DNA of 64,000 nt, from the NCBI RefSeq assembly GCF_006345805.1, contig NC_043006.1:27528001-27592000 (forward strand), given 5' to 3'. The position numbers and the translations under genes were made by a program. Shown piece by piece: positions 49,630 to 62,512 of the stretch; position 1 is the stretch's first letter; each line of letters starts with the position of its first letter. The notes beneath the pieces are model-generated. The model had not been told where the DNA came from. It saw only the letters and a list, made by a program, of their open reading frames with translations, and made no database searches. This stretch comes from Octopus sinensis (lineage: Eukaryota).

Positions 49630-52600
49630 GCTGTTGTTTAATACAGCAACGTCGCCAGGTAATGTAACATGCCAAGCTGTCCACAACTAAGATAATACTC
49701 TTCATTCAAATTTCAAGAATTCTGCAGAGGATTCTCACAGTTCTAAGCAATGCTGTTATCTTTCCAATCCAGTTTGTGAGCTTCGAACATAACGCCAGCT
49801 ACAACACTCACCTTTTTCAATGGCCACAGTCATTTTACCTTCCACTTCAAACCATCATATCTGATCTGCATCATTCCTTTTCCCAACACGCTGTTAGTAC
49901 CAGAACATGCAATATCTATGGTTAAAAAGAGGTTTTTCCCCCTCTTTATTAATATTTGGCTTTTCTTGTTCAATTTCATGATCGAACCTGGTGCAGCTCT
50001 CCGGCTCATCAACTCCAGTCAAACTGTCTAACCCATGCCAGCATGGAGAGCAGACATTAAATGATGATGATGATGATATTAAATTAAATGATGATGATGA
50101 TATTGGCTCATTACATCTTCCTTAGCCAATGCCACCTTCCATAGGCTTCTGTATTCCTGCTCACATCCCTTGCAAACTACCCATACACCTTTTTTCCATT
50201 CCATTTTCTTTTATCTTCCTTACTCATTTCTCTTTGCACATCTCTGTCTCCATGCAAATATCTGTCCTGAGTATATCAGATATGATATTCTCACCTGAAC
50301 CAGCAAGGCTTCTATGGTACTCTTCACATATCCCACTAAGCTATTTTCTTCAGAGCATATACAACTTTCATGGCTGATTAGCCTACATACACCTTTCTGT
50401 CTGATTAGATACAGCCTGTCAGCATTGCTCTTCAGGTGGAATGCTCCATGCATTGTAAGTAGTTTTCTCAATTTTTGGTATAACTTCTGAATCTCCTCTT
50501 CCCTCTAATTGATAATACTTGCAACATACTTCATTTATGCAATTGCCCACACATTGATTGCATGAAATTTATTTCTTCCATTCAGTTTTGACCACAATAC
50601 TGGTTCAAGTCTTTGGAGATATTCTTGCAGAAAGATTTTCTTCATTTCTTTTTCCATCACTTTATTCATCTCCAATATGACCAAGTATTTATATAAATAC
50701 CCAGGATCATCAAGCCTCTTCATGTTTTCTCCTGATGGTAATTCTTTACTTTCAAATCTGTTGATTTCCCTCACATTAGGAATATTACTCCACATTTTCG
50801 GGGATCAAATTCCATTCTGATGTCCTTGCTAAAGCAATAAACTGTGTTACTAAAGCTTCATACTTATCAAACAGCTTGATATCATACAGAAGTATGATTG
50901 ATCTTTTGCTGTTTTTCTTTAAACTCATATCCAGATGTTACTTTCTTTGTAGCAATGTTAAAGGAGACACTCTGTCTCCTTGAAACACCTCCCTCTTGAT
51001 TCTTGATATTCCTACATTGTCTGTATGATGTGAGCTTAGTTTTCTGAGATACTGTACCGTTTCTATTAAAAAAACTCCATGTGGTGTCATGTCATAAATC
51101 TTGCAGCAATCTATCCAGGTAATTACTAAACTTGTTTTCCTTTGCATACTATCTTTCATCACCATTTTATCTATAGTCTTCAGTTCCCCAGTAAATCCGT
51201 TTACAACCCTTCTACTATAAAGGGAAAATTCCATTATCATCAAGCAGTATATACATTTCATCAGCGATCATTCCAGTGACCAGCTTCAACATCAGCAGGA
51301 GGCATAATATGCATCTGTAATTATCCACAGCATATAATGGTTTGCTGTTTGCCAGACTCGTCTGGCACCTGTGCCGGTGGCACATAAAAAGCACCCACTA
51401 CACTCACGGAGTGGTTGACGTTAGGAAGGGCATCCAGCCGTAGAAACATTGCCAGATAACTGGGCCTGGTGCAGCCTTCTGGCTTCCCAGACCCCAGTTG
51501 AACCGTCCAACCCATGCTAGCATGGAAAGCGGACGCTAAACGATGATGATGATAATGATTCCCTTTTAAAGCATCCTCCAAACACAGTATTGTTTATCCA
51601 GTAGTTATCCACTGAGGAATCTCTTCATTCCCATTGATCAGTGCATTAAGCTGTTCTGCTTTTCTTTTACAGCACCCTGCCAGCTTCTTTATCCAATACC
51701 TCTCAACACCATCGGGTCCAGCTGCTTTACTCATCTTCCCACATACTTCAGTTCTATATTTGAGAGATGAGGAATTATGTACATTATTTACATCTGATGG
51801 ATATTTGTCCTCATCTTGCTTGTAAATAATTCCTACATACTTGTTGCACATTCTCTTTTCAATTCGAATTTCTTCCTGCACTAGACAAGAACTCCTTCAG
51901 ATTTTGTTGCTACTCAGCCACAGCATTTTGCTGTTCTTCCTAACTCCATATCTTGCTCCAAAATATATGACTTCCTTCTGCTTCTGATATAACTCTTTTG
52001 TTTGTGAAATCCCCCGTTTATTTCTTGATAAAATTTCCTTCTCATTTTGGAGTAATCTATTTTGTTTCTACTGCTTCACTCTTTGATCAGGTCTTGTAAT
52101 TTTCCCTCTTTTATCCAAAACATGCTGTTTCAGTTCTTCAATTACAAAATTCAGTCCTTTCCAGTCAACACCATACTGTTTTCTTCAGTATGTCATATTT
52201 ATAACCTTTCCTAAGCTTACATTTTTCTCTTTCTTTTCATTACTGATACATCAGTTATATCTCCTTATATCCTTCAAGTATTTATTTTGTGTATTTCTTG
52301 TATTACTTGTTCTTTCATTGACTTTTATTTTTGAGTTTTCCACAGCAACACTACTTGCTGCCTTGATAAAGCTATTGCTTTTTGTTATGTTGTGTGTTCT
52401 CATACTCCAAAATTTTGTTAACTGTCATTGTTTTTAGGTTCAATTTTCTCTAATCAGCATTTTTGAAATCCCATGCTCATTCTATATGTTGGGAATTTTA
52501 CTAACTCAAACACCCTATTAATTATTATTTGATCAATCCTCATTCAGCACTCAACCAGTATCTGTATCATGTTGATCAAAGATACATTAATGTCATCAAA

Positions 52601-53000
52601 ATTTCCATTTGCTACCATTTTAGATCCATTACTTTGAACAGTATCATCCAGCTTCACTATTTCTACTTCATTCTGCTGTACCACATTTAATACTTTCATT
52701 TGTTTGTCTCTTGATGGCTTCAAGTTCAACCTCATGTAATTATCCATTCTTTCAAATTGCTCTTTCCTGGTTGCAAATCCTCTGCTCTGTAGTTTCAAAC
52801 AGTCCTCTCCTTTTCCAATCACTGTACATTCTCGGTCAATAATCCCTTACTAGAACTCCATTTTCATCTACTGGGTTGCTCAAATAGTAGCACTCCATGA
52901 CAACAGCATTTACCTGTTTACTGTACTTCTTTTCATAGTTAGCAGGAGCTGAATTATGACTGGGCCCACTCTGTACTATGAGGCTCTTGTTGAGCAAGGT
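49630..53000 (-). mobile_element. R4/Dong-like RLE LINE remnant (RT and RLE pieces), interrupted by RTE-tail copies
   Basis: GPDGVERYWIKKL, FQGDRVSPL, YKYLVILE, KLNGRNKFHAIN, IDIAC..YDGLKW; heavily disrupted. Confidence 0.8.
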
Positions 53001-54188
53001 ACTTTCGCCTCTGGTCCCAATCCTATTTATGTCATTATTTGAATCATTATTTTGCAGCAGTTTATTAATGTGTTAGGTTTGTAAGGGTTTCCCTTCCCAC
53101 AAGTATTTTTTTTTTGTGACACTACCAGCAAGAGAGCCAACAACCAAAGCTAAAGACCCTTCCTGGCAATGAGACACATCTTAACCTCATCAGATGCCAG
53201 CCCAGTACTTCTTGGCCATGGGGTATTGTTGTTGTTGTCATTATCAGAACCGTTAGAACATTGGATAATATGACTAGTGGTATTTCTTCTGATTCATTCA
53301 TTCTGAGTTCAAACACTGCTGAGATCAACTTGACTTTTCATTCTTTTAGGGTCAACAAAATAAGTCACACTTGGGTCATTGTAATAGGCTCACTCCCTCC
53401 CTCTAAAATTGCTGGCCTTCTGCCAAAATTTAAAACCATTAGTATTACTCTTATTATTATTACGATCCACATATAGCTGTGTGATTAAGAAGTTAGGTTC
53501 ACAATCAAGTTTCAGATTCAATTCCTTGGGCTAAGCATCTTCTACAGCTACTTCAGTTCTGCCTGCAGTGCAATTTGGTAGATGAACCTGTGTAGAAACC
53601 GATCATATAAAGAAAGCCTATCAAATACATATGTGTGTGTGTGTTTATATTTTAATATGTTGTGGTTTTGTATTGTACAGAGTTGTAAAATGAGTTGTGT
53701 CCCTTCATATATTGAATAATTGAAGTGATTTAACTATTCAATGAATTAAATACCAGATTAAAATAAATCCTGGTGGTAGGGAACAGTCCAATGACTGAAA
53801 GTAGTAAAAGACTATCAGTGCTCTTGCTGCTGACAGTTTCAGTTGGGTTGATTCAAAATCCTGGCTGCATGTTATACATATTAGCATAGAAAATCTAACA
53901 CATCGTATTCTTGTTCTTTGCAAAACAATACTAATAGTGTTGCTGTTTTCAAAATTTTAGCACAATGCCAGCAATTTTAGCTAGAAGAGGTTGGTTGACT
54001 ACATCAATCCCAGTACTTGAATGATACTTCATTTTATTGACCCCAAAAGAATGAAAGGCAAAGTTGATCTCAGCAGGATTTGAACGGAAAATATAAAGAG
54101 CAGAAGAAATGCTACTAAGTATTTTGTCTGGTATAATAACAATTCTCCCAGCTCTGCAAAGGTAACTGGTGATTAGGTGGGTACTTAC

Positions 54189-54315
54189 TTTCTAAACAGA
54201 AACACCAATAATAAACAACCCAAGTGGAGCCAGAAAAGAGACTAGCAGGTTTAGGAAATTCTTCTGTTAGAAAGAGCAACGTTCCAAGGTATCCATAGGC
54301 ATGATGGAAAATATC
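54189..54315 (-). CDS. Host gene internal exon
   Basis: TTTCAG|...|GTAAGT, 127 bp, phase 0->1. DIFHHAYGYLGTLLFLTEEFPKPASLFSGSTWVVYYWCFCLE. Confidence 0.85.
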
Positions 54316-54873
54316 CTGAAATATATCAAATAGATAATAAATATATGTGCATGTTATGTGCGTGTGAGAGAACGACAAGGGGAAAATAGTCAAGTAAACC
54401 TTAGCATACTTGATGATGTATTAACGTCTAAAATCTTAAGTAATCAAAAATTACAGTGATGAGTGGAATTATCAAAATGATTAATTGTAGTTAAAAAGAA
54501 AGAGCAAGGAAGAAGGAAGACAACCCTAAATTTTTGACAAAAACAAATATGGAATGCAATGGGAGCGAATCTGGTGTTTAAGTGTGTGTGTGTGTGTGTG
54601 TGCATAGGGTGTATGTATACTTATATTTATGTATGTATGTATGTATGTATGTATGTATAACCTCTTAGCTTAGTTTTCCCTTGGGGCTGGTCAGATTGGA
54701 GCAATCTCAAGATTAATCAGCCGAAATTGCGAGGATGATCCAGTTCTTGACTGAAGATTAAAGGCTTTGAATGACCTGTCCGTGTTTTTTGTATCGTCTA
54801 TCTGGATGTTTTGTTGTCCCTTTTTGTATCACTTAGTTGTCCGGATGTTTTGCATTCTTGTCCCATTTTGTAT

Positions 54874-54925
<52 letters not shown>

Positions 54926-54930
54926 GTATA

Positions 54931-55545
54931 TATAAACAACTTATAAACAAGGGCAAAAGAAAAAAATTTCAATGCCAAATATGCTGAAATAGACTTAATC
55001 ATCAATAACCATATAATTTATCACTATAAGCACATGTCTCAAAAGCAAGCCGATAGAAATTTCTAAAAAATTTCTGTTATTATCAGATTGGTCTCAATTT
55101 CTGAGTTAATTCATTTAGAATTTTCTTGTCATCAGCGATAAATATGATAAGAAAATAAATGAAATACTTACTTGTACCCATGGAAGAAGTAAACACTAAG
55201 TCATGAGCACACTTAAGTACCCCAAATATATCCAAAATAGAAATTCCACACCATACCTCGAGACACGTGTGATCGGACTGAAAATTCTCATAGAAAGAGT
55301 CCGGAAGTGAATAGTATTAAATTCACATCTAATATAGGATAAAATTTTCGAAAAAATTTTATCAATGGCCAGCATATTAAAAAAATACCATTAAAGGTTA
55401 AATTTATAAACAACTTATAAACAAGGGCACAAGAAAAAAATTTCAATGCCAAATATGCTGAAAGACTTAATCGTCAATAACTATATAATTTATCACTATA
55501 AGCACGCGTCTCAAAAGCAAGCTGACAGAAATTTCTAAAAAATCT
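54931..55545 (-). mobile_element. Direct-repeat element (~474-nt period) with a CpG-decayed hammerhead (55080-55141)
   Basis: ~140-bp repeats start at 54931 and 55405. TTATCG-CTGATGA-CAAG..AATTC/GAATT..CTCA-GAAA-TTG AGAC CAA-TC-TGATAA. Confidence 0.65.
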
Positions 55546-55559
55546 GATGCCTCTTATAT

Positions 55560-56365
55560 CCTATTTTCCTCTTAAATCTGTCATGCATGCACAGACATTA
55601 CCCATCCAGTGGAGCATGCTAGCTTCATTTCTAAGCCTTCGCAAGTCCATGTTTCGCTGCCATGTAATATAGCTGACCATATACAGGCATCATACAACCT
55701 GCCTTTCACTCTCAATTACTAACAAAGGCAGAAGCTCTCTGAACTTTGCTCAGGCCATTCTTATTCTAGTAACTACACTTTCCAAACTTCCTCTACCACT
55801 GCTAACTTGGTCTCCTAGGTAACAGAAGCTATCAACTATTTCTAAAAATCCCACCAAGTATTTGAGGGAGCCTATTGTCTGTGCATTTTTAGCACTTACT
55901 GTACCTGCACATGTGCCATACACAAAGACTATATCCTCCGTTAACCTTCGTGTGATACCACTACACCTCTTATGTGTCCAAACCTTGCACTGGGTACAAT
56001 GTATGGAGTTTCTACCAACAACCTTTTTACATATTGAACAGGGCCATCTCCCAGAAGGGACTTGTGATTTGTCTGTTTCCCTACTCACTAGGACTTTGGT
56101 TTGGTTTTTGCTAAATGAACTCTAAGGCTCTTAGATTCCAGACCTTGTTTCCACACTTAAAATTTTTTCTCTAGGTCAGGTAGTGATTCAGCTATAAAAA
56201 CATGGTCATCAGCATAGAAGAACTCCCAGGGACAGCCGGTCTTGAATTGCCTGAGGACTAAGATAAACAGGAGTGGGTTGAGAACTGAGCCTTGATGAAC
56301 TCCTACTTGTAAACTGAATTCATTGCTATACTCATTGCCAACCTTCACCTTACTGGCAGCATCAG
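55560..56365 (-). mobile_element. Older RTE-clade LINE RT fragment (same PHD-containing family)
   Basis: VGVHQGSVLNP, FYADD, WPCSICKKVVGRNSIHCTQC..HKRC. Confidence 0.85.
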
Positions 56366-56906
56366 TAAGGTGAAGATTAGATATTAACCATGTGTTAGAA
56401 AGGAAACATTTACACAGGAAATACAGTTATTTTACCTAATAACCTTTTGGTCACACTGCCAAGCAAGATGGTATTTAAAGACAGCATTCATTTGTTGTGA
56501 TACTAAAAATACATAACTGGGATAGAAAATATCTTGTAAATTGATGGGATATGGATGAATTTGGGATATGGAAAGAAGGAGGTGATTGAATCTAATTTGA
56601 GTAGGATCTTTTAAAACTGATTCCTATATACACAACCTGTCTCTTTCAAAATTGTAGACTGTTTTGAAAAGTTTAGTAGAGCTTCCATGGCTCTAAGAAG
56701 TTTAAAGAATTCTCCTATTGCACTTTTGTTCTTTCTTTAAAGCTATTTCAACCAACTAAGAAGAATAGCGTCTACACTGCTTACACCAGTGGGGTGTTCA
56801 TCCTAATGGTATTTAGCTATAAATTATAGCTAAGTGTATGGGATATTCAGTTGTGTTTTAGTTTATAAATATATAACAAACAAAAATAGAAGTGAATCAA
56901 TGTAAC

Positions 56907-57130
56907 CTGTATCCAATTATTAATGGTGACACATCGTGAATGTGGAGTTATTGGATAATGTTGGTACTGTTTTTCTTCTTTGTGTGTAAAAAGAAGGCAT
57001 GTCAAAGTTATGAACTCTCTTTCAGTTATAAACAAGTTGTGCTGCCAATTGAGAAGGAGAAAATACCGTAGACAGTAAAAGATGAACCCATTATGTCGAC
57101 CATATCGTATAAAGTAATTACGCGGCCAAT
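56907..57130 (-). CDS. Host gene internal exon
   Basis: TTTTTCAG|...CAG|GTTACA, 224 bp, phase 1->0, open frame. WPRNYFIRYGRHNGFIFYCLRYFLLLNW..RCVTINNWIQ. Confidence 0.8.
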
Positions 57131-57201
57131 CTGAAAAATGAAGAAATCAAGATAAGTCTTTTAAGAAATGCAAAATGGTTAATATTTTCCAGTATTTTGA
57201 A

Positions 57202-57204
<3 letters not shown>

Positions 57205-57271
<67 letters not shown>
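57205..57271. repeat. (CT)n microsatellite
   Basis: Direct reading. Confidence 0.95.
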
Positions 57272-57275
<4 letters not shown>

Positions 57276-57699
57276 ACACAAACTCTCATAGATTTGAAAG
57301 GCTTGCACCACAGCATCTTAGTAGGAATAAATAGAGCCAAACAAGTTTTATTCTTCATTTGTCAATCTTTTGTCCTCTCTCTCTCTTTCCCTCTGTTGCT
57401 CATACATGCACATATACATGTCATTTTAATGTCAAATTCTCAGATTGGAAAGGCTTGCAACACAGTATCTTACTATACAGCAGTAACAAAATTCTTAGTG
57501 GGAATTTTCAAAGAAACTAAATCCTAAGAGGAATAAACAGAGCCAAACAAGTTTTATTCCTCATTTGTCAATCCTTCATCCAACAGGAAATAATGTTTGA
57601 TAGCCAAACCATCAATTATTTCTTGTCTATGAATAAATTTAGTAACATTATTCAATGCAGATCAAAGTATCTTTTTATATTCAAAGTAGAAATGATTCT

Positions 57700-58560
57700 T
57701 TAACAGCATTAGTCATTAATGAGCAGTTTACAAAATTTACTTCAGGGGAAGATGAATTTAGGAAATGACATATAGTTTGGCTTGCCATATATCTCAGTTT
57801 AACTCAAATCAGCAAAGTTTGAGATTCTGTCCTGGTTTTTTCGAAATTTGGAAAAATTTTCTTTTATGATTTTTAACCTGCATTGATGACAAAGACACAA
57901 TACCTTGATGTTAGTTAGTCTTTAATGTATGAAGAAAGGAGAGACCTGTGTATGTTTTCCTCTCTTTTCTAAATTGCAGTTCGGCAATAGAGACCGACAG
58001 AACAAGTACTAGGCTTACAAAGAATAAGTCCTGGGGTCAATTTGCTTGACTAAAAGCAGTGCTCTAGCATAGCCACAGTCAAATGACTGAAACAAGTAAG
58101 AGAGTAAAGAGTAATGTTTTGAGGCTTGAGGCTTTAGAAGAAGCTTCTCAAGAAACCACTTTCCAGTGGGACTGCAGCCAGGTAAGATAGCTGAGATCTT
58201 GACTGATGTTTTAATCTCAGTTACCATCAAACACATATTGGTGTCAAGACTTGTTGGATTTTGAGATAACTGTAATGTAAATTTTGTTGGCATGAAACAA
58301 AAAGGCAAGAACAACAGTTTTGCCCAATGTAAAACCAAACTTGGACAGCATCTTGTTGGCATTGGCTGTGGTTCACACATTGTGTACAATTTCCTCCAAA
58401 CAGCTGTTGTTATATAACCATTTGATATTGAAGCATTTACAGTGAAAATTTTCAAGTTTTTCACATATACACAGTTCATGTATCACAGCTAAAGGAACTT
58501 TTTGGGAAATGATTTTTGAGGAATGTATTTATGGTTTGTTCGTGGGCTGGCCAGTATTAC
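57700..58560 (+). pseudogene. hAT transposase remnant (intronic), interrupted by a SINE
   Basis: DNCNVNF..KGKNNSFA..LVGIGCGSHIVYNFLQTA..PFDIE..KIFKFF..YTVHV matches hAT catalytic-region motifs. Confidence 0.7.
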
Positions 58561-59460
58561 CTTTTTAACAAACAATTCACAGCCATAGTCTATAACAGCC
58601 ATTTCATTCAATGGCAGTCAAAGAGAAGGATAATGCAAATGTAATAGGTATAAAACCAGAAATGTAAAACCTGATTACAAATACAGAAAAAGGAAGAAAA
58701 ACTGTGAATCTGGACCTCAATATGCAAAGGCCTTGCTGTGAAAGCTTGAAGAAAAACAGGAAGACATTGGAAAAGAAAAGAAGATTAAAATTACTCAGAT
58801 GGGTCTCAGTTTCAGTTCCTTTTATCTCAGTTTCCACTCCTATTGGCCCTGGTTTCAACTTTGAAGATTACAGCAAGCCTACATATACTTAACTTTCTTA
58901 TAGGCATTAGTGACCTAACTGAAGCTAATTTCATTCTTCCGTGTTTTTTTACATTAACTGAATATTACTTTTAAAATATAAAAATGCTTTTCTGTTTCTT
59001 CTATTTTTCATGACAAACCAGATGGAAACTGCTGAGATTGGAAGTATGACAAAGTAAATCCATAACAGTGTATAGTTTTATTCCTCTCTGTTTTGAACTC
59101 AAGTTTTGCCAAGCTAACTTTGCTTTTTATCTTTTTAGGGTCAATAAAACAAGTACCAGAAATTATTGTGCTTAAAAACACAATGAAATGCTTGATACAG
59201 ACTTGAACTCGATGCCATAGACACCCAAACATTTTATGTCTACATATCTCTATATGTTGTCTTTTTACAAATATATAGACTGAACTAAAGAGAGAGCTAA
59301 GAGTGTTTAGCAAGAATACAGCTGAGTGTCTGTGATAGATTACAACTCTCAAATATATTAATAGAAAATAAATAAATTTGTTAGCTTTCTCATTTGTTAA
59401 AGAAAATTTGGCAAAAATAAAACTTCAATGATATTGCTAAAAATATATACTGTTACTGAC

Positions 59461-59584
59461 CTTGTGTTCTCCAGCCTGGTTCTTGTTGGGTTATTATTTT
59501 ATGAAAAATCTTCAAATTAGATGAAATATTTTCTTTCTTTATATCTTCAAATCGGGGCAACCATTTCCATTTCGCAACTGAAAC
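59461..59584 (-). CDS. Host gene internal exon
   Basis: GTGTCAG|...AG|GTCAGT, 124 bp, phase 0->1. VSVAKWKWLPRFEDIKKENISSNLKIFHKIITQQEPGWRTQ. Confidence 0.8.
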
Positions 59585-59861
59585 CTGACACAACAAATAT
59601 TCAGAAAAAAAACTGTGAATTGGAAGTGTAGCAAAAATAATTTCAATGATTACTGACGTGGACTAAGTGATGAGTTTAACATGATGAGATTATTTAACCC
59701 TAATCAAACAAACTTGTGATCAAAGATGTTCTAGCCATAACCATATCATCTTTTTTCCCCTTATACATAGTGTATTTAGGACTACACTATCCAATGTATA
59801 CTCGTTAAGTGATTCAGGTAGATTTAGCTGCTATTGTTAGCAGATCAAGAGACCATACCTA

Positions 59862-60092
59862 TTTCTTTATTACCCACAAGCGGCTAAACATAGAGGGGAC
59901 AAACAAGGACAGACATAAGTACTAAGTTGATTACATCGACCCCAGTGCGTAACGTGTATTTAATTTATCGACCCCGAAAGGATGAAAGGCAAAGTCGACC
60001 TCGGCGGAATTTGAACTCACAACGTAACGGCAGACGAAATATCGCTAAGCATTTCGCCCAGCATGCTAACGTTTTTGCTACCTCGCCGTCTT
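59862..60092 (-). mobile_element. tRNA-derived SINE with conserved central CTTTCATCCTTTCGGGGTCGATAAA domain
   Basis: B box GAGTTCAAATTCC. Older copies near 10440-10560, 11945-12100 and 53960-54120. Confidence 0.75.
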
Positions 60093-60601
60093 AAGAGACC
60101 ATACCATGGTTCCTTCATATACAGTATATTGTTTTTGCAAGGCAAAAAGATTTTGTTTTAATACAATTTGTATGAGATTGTATGAGTAACATGGCCAGCA
60201 GCACTATCTCAATCAAATATAAGTGCAGTACTCTAATATAGTGCACATTTGCATTTTGTATACAATCAGCTACTGTACATATCTGAAGAGGAAACTCAGT
60301 CTCAATGATGCAATTGTAGGCAGTGATTGTAAATATGATGCTCTTGTTTAGATCTGGGCCAACTCTGATTGAGCAGATATCTACAGCCAAAAGCACTTGA
60401 GCCATAGCCATAAAGAACTTTTATGGAATATACAATTATGGGACTACGCTATCTAATATCTTTTCTTATTTAAGATGCAAGGTGTGATTTAAGGGAGATT
60501 TAACTACTGTTTCAAGCAGATAAAGCACACAAACACACACAGGTTCCTTCAATGATGTTAAGGATGAAGATAAGCAATGGAAACAAAGTCAAAGAACTTA
60601 C

Positions 60602-60937
60602 AGAGTGTGGCATAATAGTTAAAGACTGATCCCAGCCATAGTCTATAACAGCCATTTCATTCAATGGCAGTAATATTTGATAAATACAAGACCTTAGTTT
60701 CGAGAGTAATGTTTCAATCCCAGGCCAATAATTATATAAATCTTCAAAAAGAACCTTCTGCCAGTACATTCCATGATGTGCACCTAACATTTTAGGATGA
60801 AGAGTTTTTGTCTTGAGTCTTTCAGTTACTAATTCAGTCAAAGACCCTTTGTTGTTGTCATCATAATCTTGAACCAGTTCCAGTTTATAGAAACTTCTAG
60901 ACTGCTGGACTGCAACGGCAAACTCGCTGTTATTTCT
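60602..60937 (-). CDS. Host gene internal exon
   Basis: TTTCTTTAG|...|GTAAGT, 336 bp, phase 0->0. RNNSEFAVAVQQSRSFYKL..LLSKLRSCIYQILL..VIDYG (Asteroid-like R..IY..LL..V.EY motif). Confidence 0.85.
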
Positions 60938-62320
60938 CTAAAGAAACAAATAAAAAGATACTTTCTATTGTATTTATGTCTGTTTAATTAGTTACACATA
61001 CACACACAAATTCGTGTGTATGTGTATGTATGTATACACACACACATGCATATACAAACACATATATTAACCTTAGAATTGTTTATAAATGAATAACAAC
61101 ATTTACTAATGAAAATACTCAATACATGAATGTACAGTGAAATCATTATTACAATTTTTTGTGAAATTTTTTGTGAAATCTGTCTGTCCATAACATAACT
61201 TCCAGTTTGGTTTGCTGCCCCCCCCTCTTTCTTGCTCTCTCCCTGCCATGTTTAGTACTGTATTATTTTATCAACCCCTGCAGGATGGAAAGCAAAGTTC
61301 AACAAGGCAGGATTTAAACTTAAAAATGTAAATTTAAACTTAAAAATGTAAAATGTAAAGAATTCTCTGAAGCTCAAAAGATTTGCCAATCCACCAACGA
61401 GCTATAATCCATTGTAAAAACATATAGTAATATATCATAACTTATTGGCTCATGTAAGCAGCACCAAAGCCCTTCATCAATATAAGTGCAGACATGGGTG
61501 TGTGGTTAAGAAGTCTGATTCCCAAACACATGGTACCAAGTTATATACACATGGTATATGTGCACATGTGCATGCATGCATGTATGTATGTATGTATGTA
61601 TGTATGTATGTATGTGTGTGTGTGTGTGTGTATGCATGTATAGGTATGTACATTTGTTTCTCCTTTTCATCGTATCATGTGATTGCTATAAAATGTCATT
61701 CATTTCCAATATTCTGCAAAAACATATCTTGTCATGGGGAAATATTACCTTGCTTGAAAACAGGTAAAGTTTGGTGACAAGAAGGGTATCTGACCATAGA
61801 AAATCTGCCTCAATAACCTCTATCAAACGTTACAGTAATCATAATGATGACAATGATGAACAGGTCCATTTAATGTTGGTATGAAAAACTAAATACAAAA
61901 TTACAGAATAAATTGACTGAGTTCCTTTCGAGCATTGGGCCATACATAGGTGAAGTGGCTGAGTTCCTTTCAAGTGTTGGGTCTCACGGAGGCAATGACC
62001 AACTTTGGCATTATATTGTGCTTGGGAAGAAGACCCATCAAGTTGATCAAAATCGCAGTCATGGCAGATACCAGTGTCATGCAAACTGGCACCCATGCCA
62101 GTGTAACGTAAAAACACCCATTACACTCTCAAAGTGGTTGGCATTAGGAAGGGCATCCAGCCATAGAAAACCATGCCAAATCAGACTGGAGTCTGGTGCA
62201 GCCTTCCAGCGTGCCAGCCCAGTCAACCAGTCCAATCCATGCCAGTATGGACAACAGACATTAAATGATGATGATGATGATGATGAAATTAACATAATGT
62301 AAAATATTCAATGTACTTAC

Positions 62321-62512
62321 CATCTCTTTATCCAAGAGGGGGTGATTTTCAATCCTTTTATATGACTTCACCCAAGCAACAATATTTTCGAGTTGGTTTT
62401 TTTTCTCTCTGATATCCAGCTTATACAATAACTTTTGATTGTACCTCATATGATGTGATGTTAGATCATTGCCGCATACAATAGCCAGCTCAATCAATTC
62501 ATTTGGAGACAA
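62321..62512 (-). CDS. Host gene exon: Asteroid/FAM120-like PIN (XPG-I) family protein
   Basis: TTTTTATTCCAG|...ATG|GTAAGT, 192 bp, phase 0->0. LIELAIVCGND resembles the H3TH 'LxGND' motif of XPG/Asteroid/FAM120. The six exons total 1137 nt = 378 aa + stop. Confidence 0.8.

Noticed and set aside
56436-56502. AG..GT-bounded 67-bp candidate exon
   Set aside because: Its only open frame needs phase 1, but the upstream exon ends in phase 0 and joins cleanly to 54315.
58015-58479. 154-aa minus-strand ORF as a host exon
   Set aside because: It is antisense to a hAT transposase remnant and not needed for exon phase continuity.
58650-58740. PDYKYRKRKK resembling the end of an HMG box
   Set aside because: Short, bounded by stops, with no upstream HMG helices.
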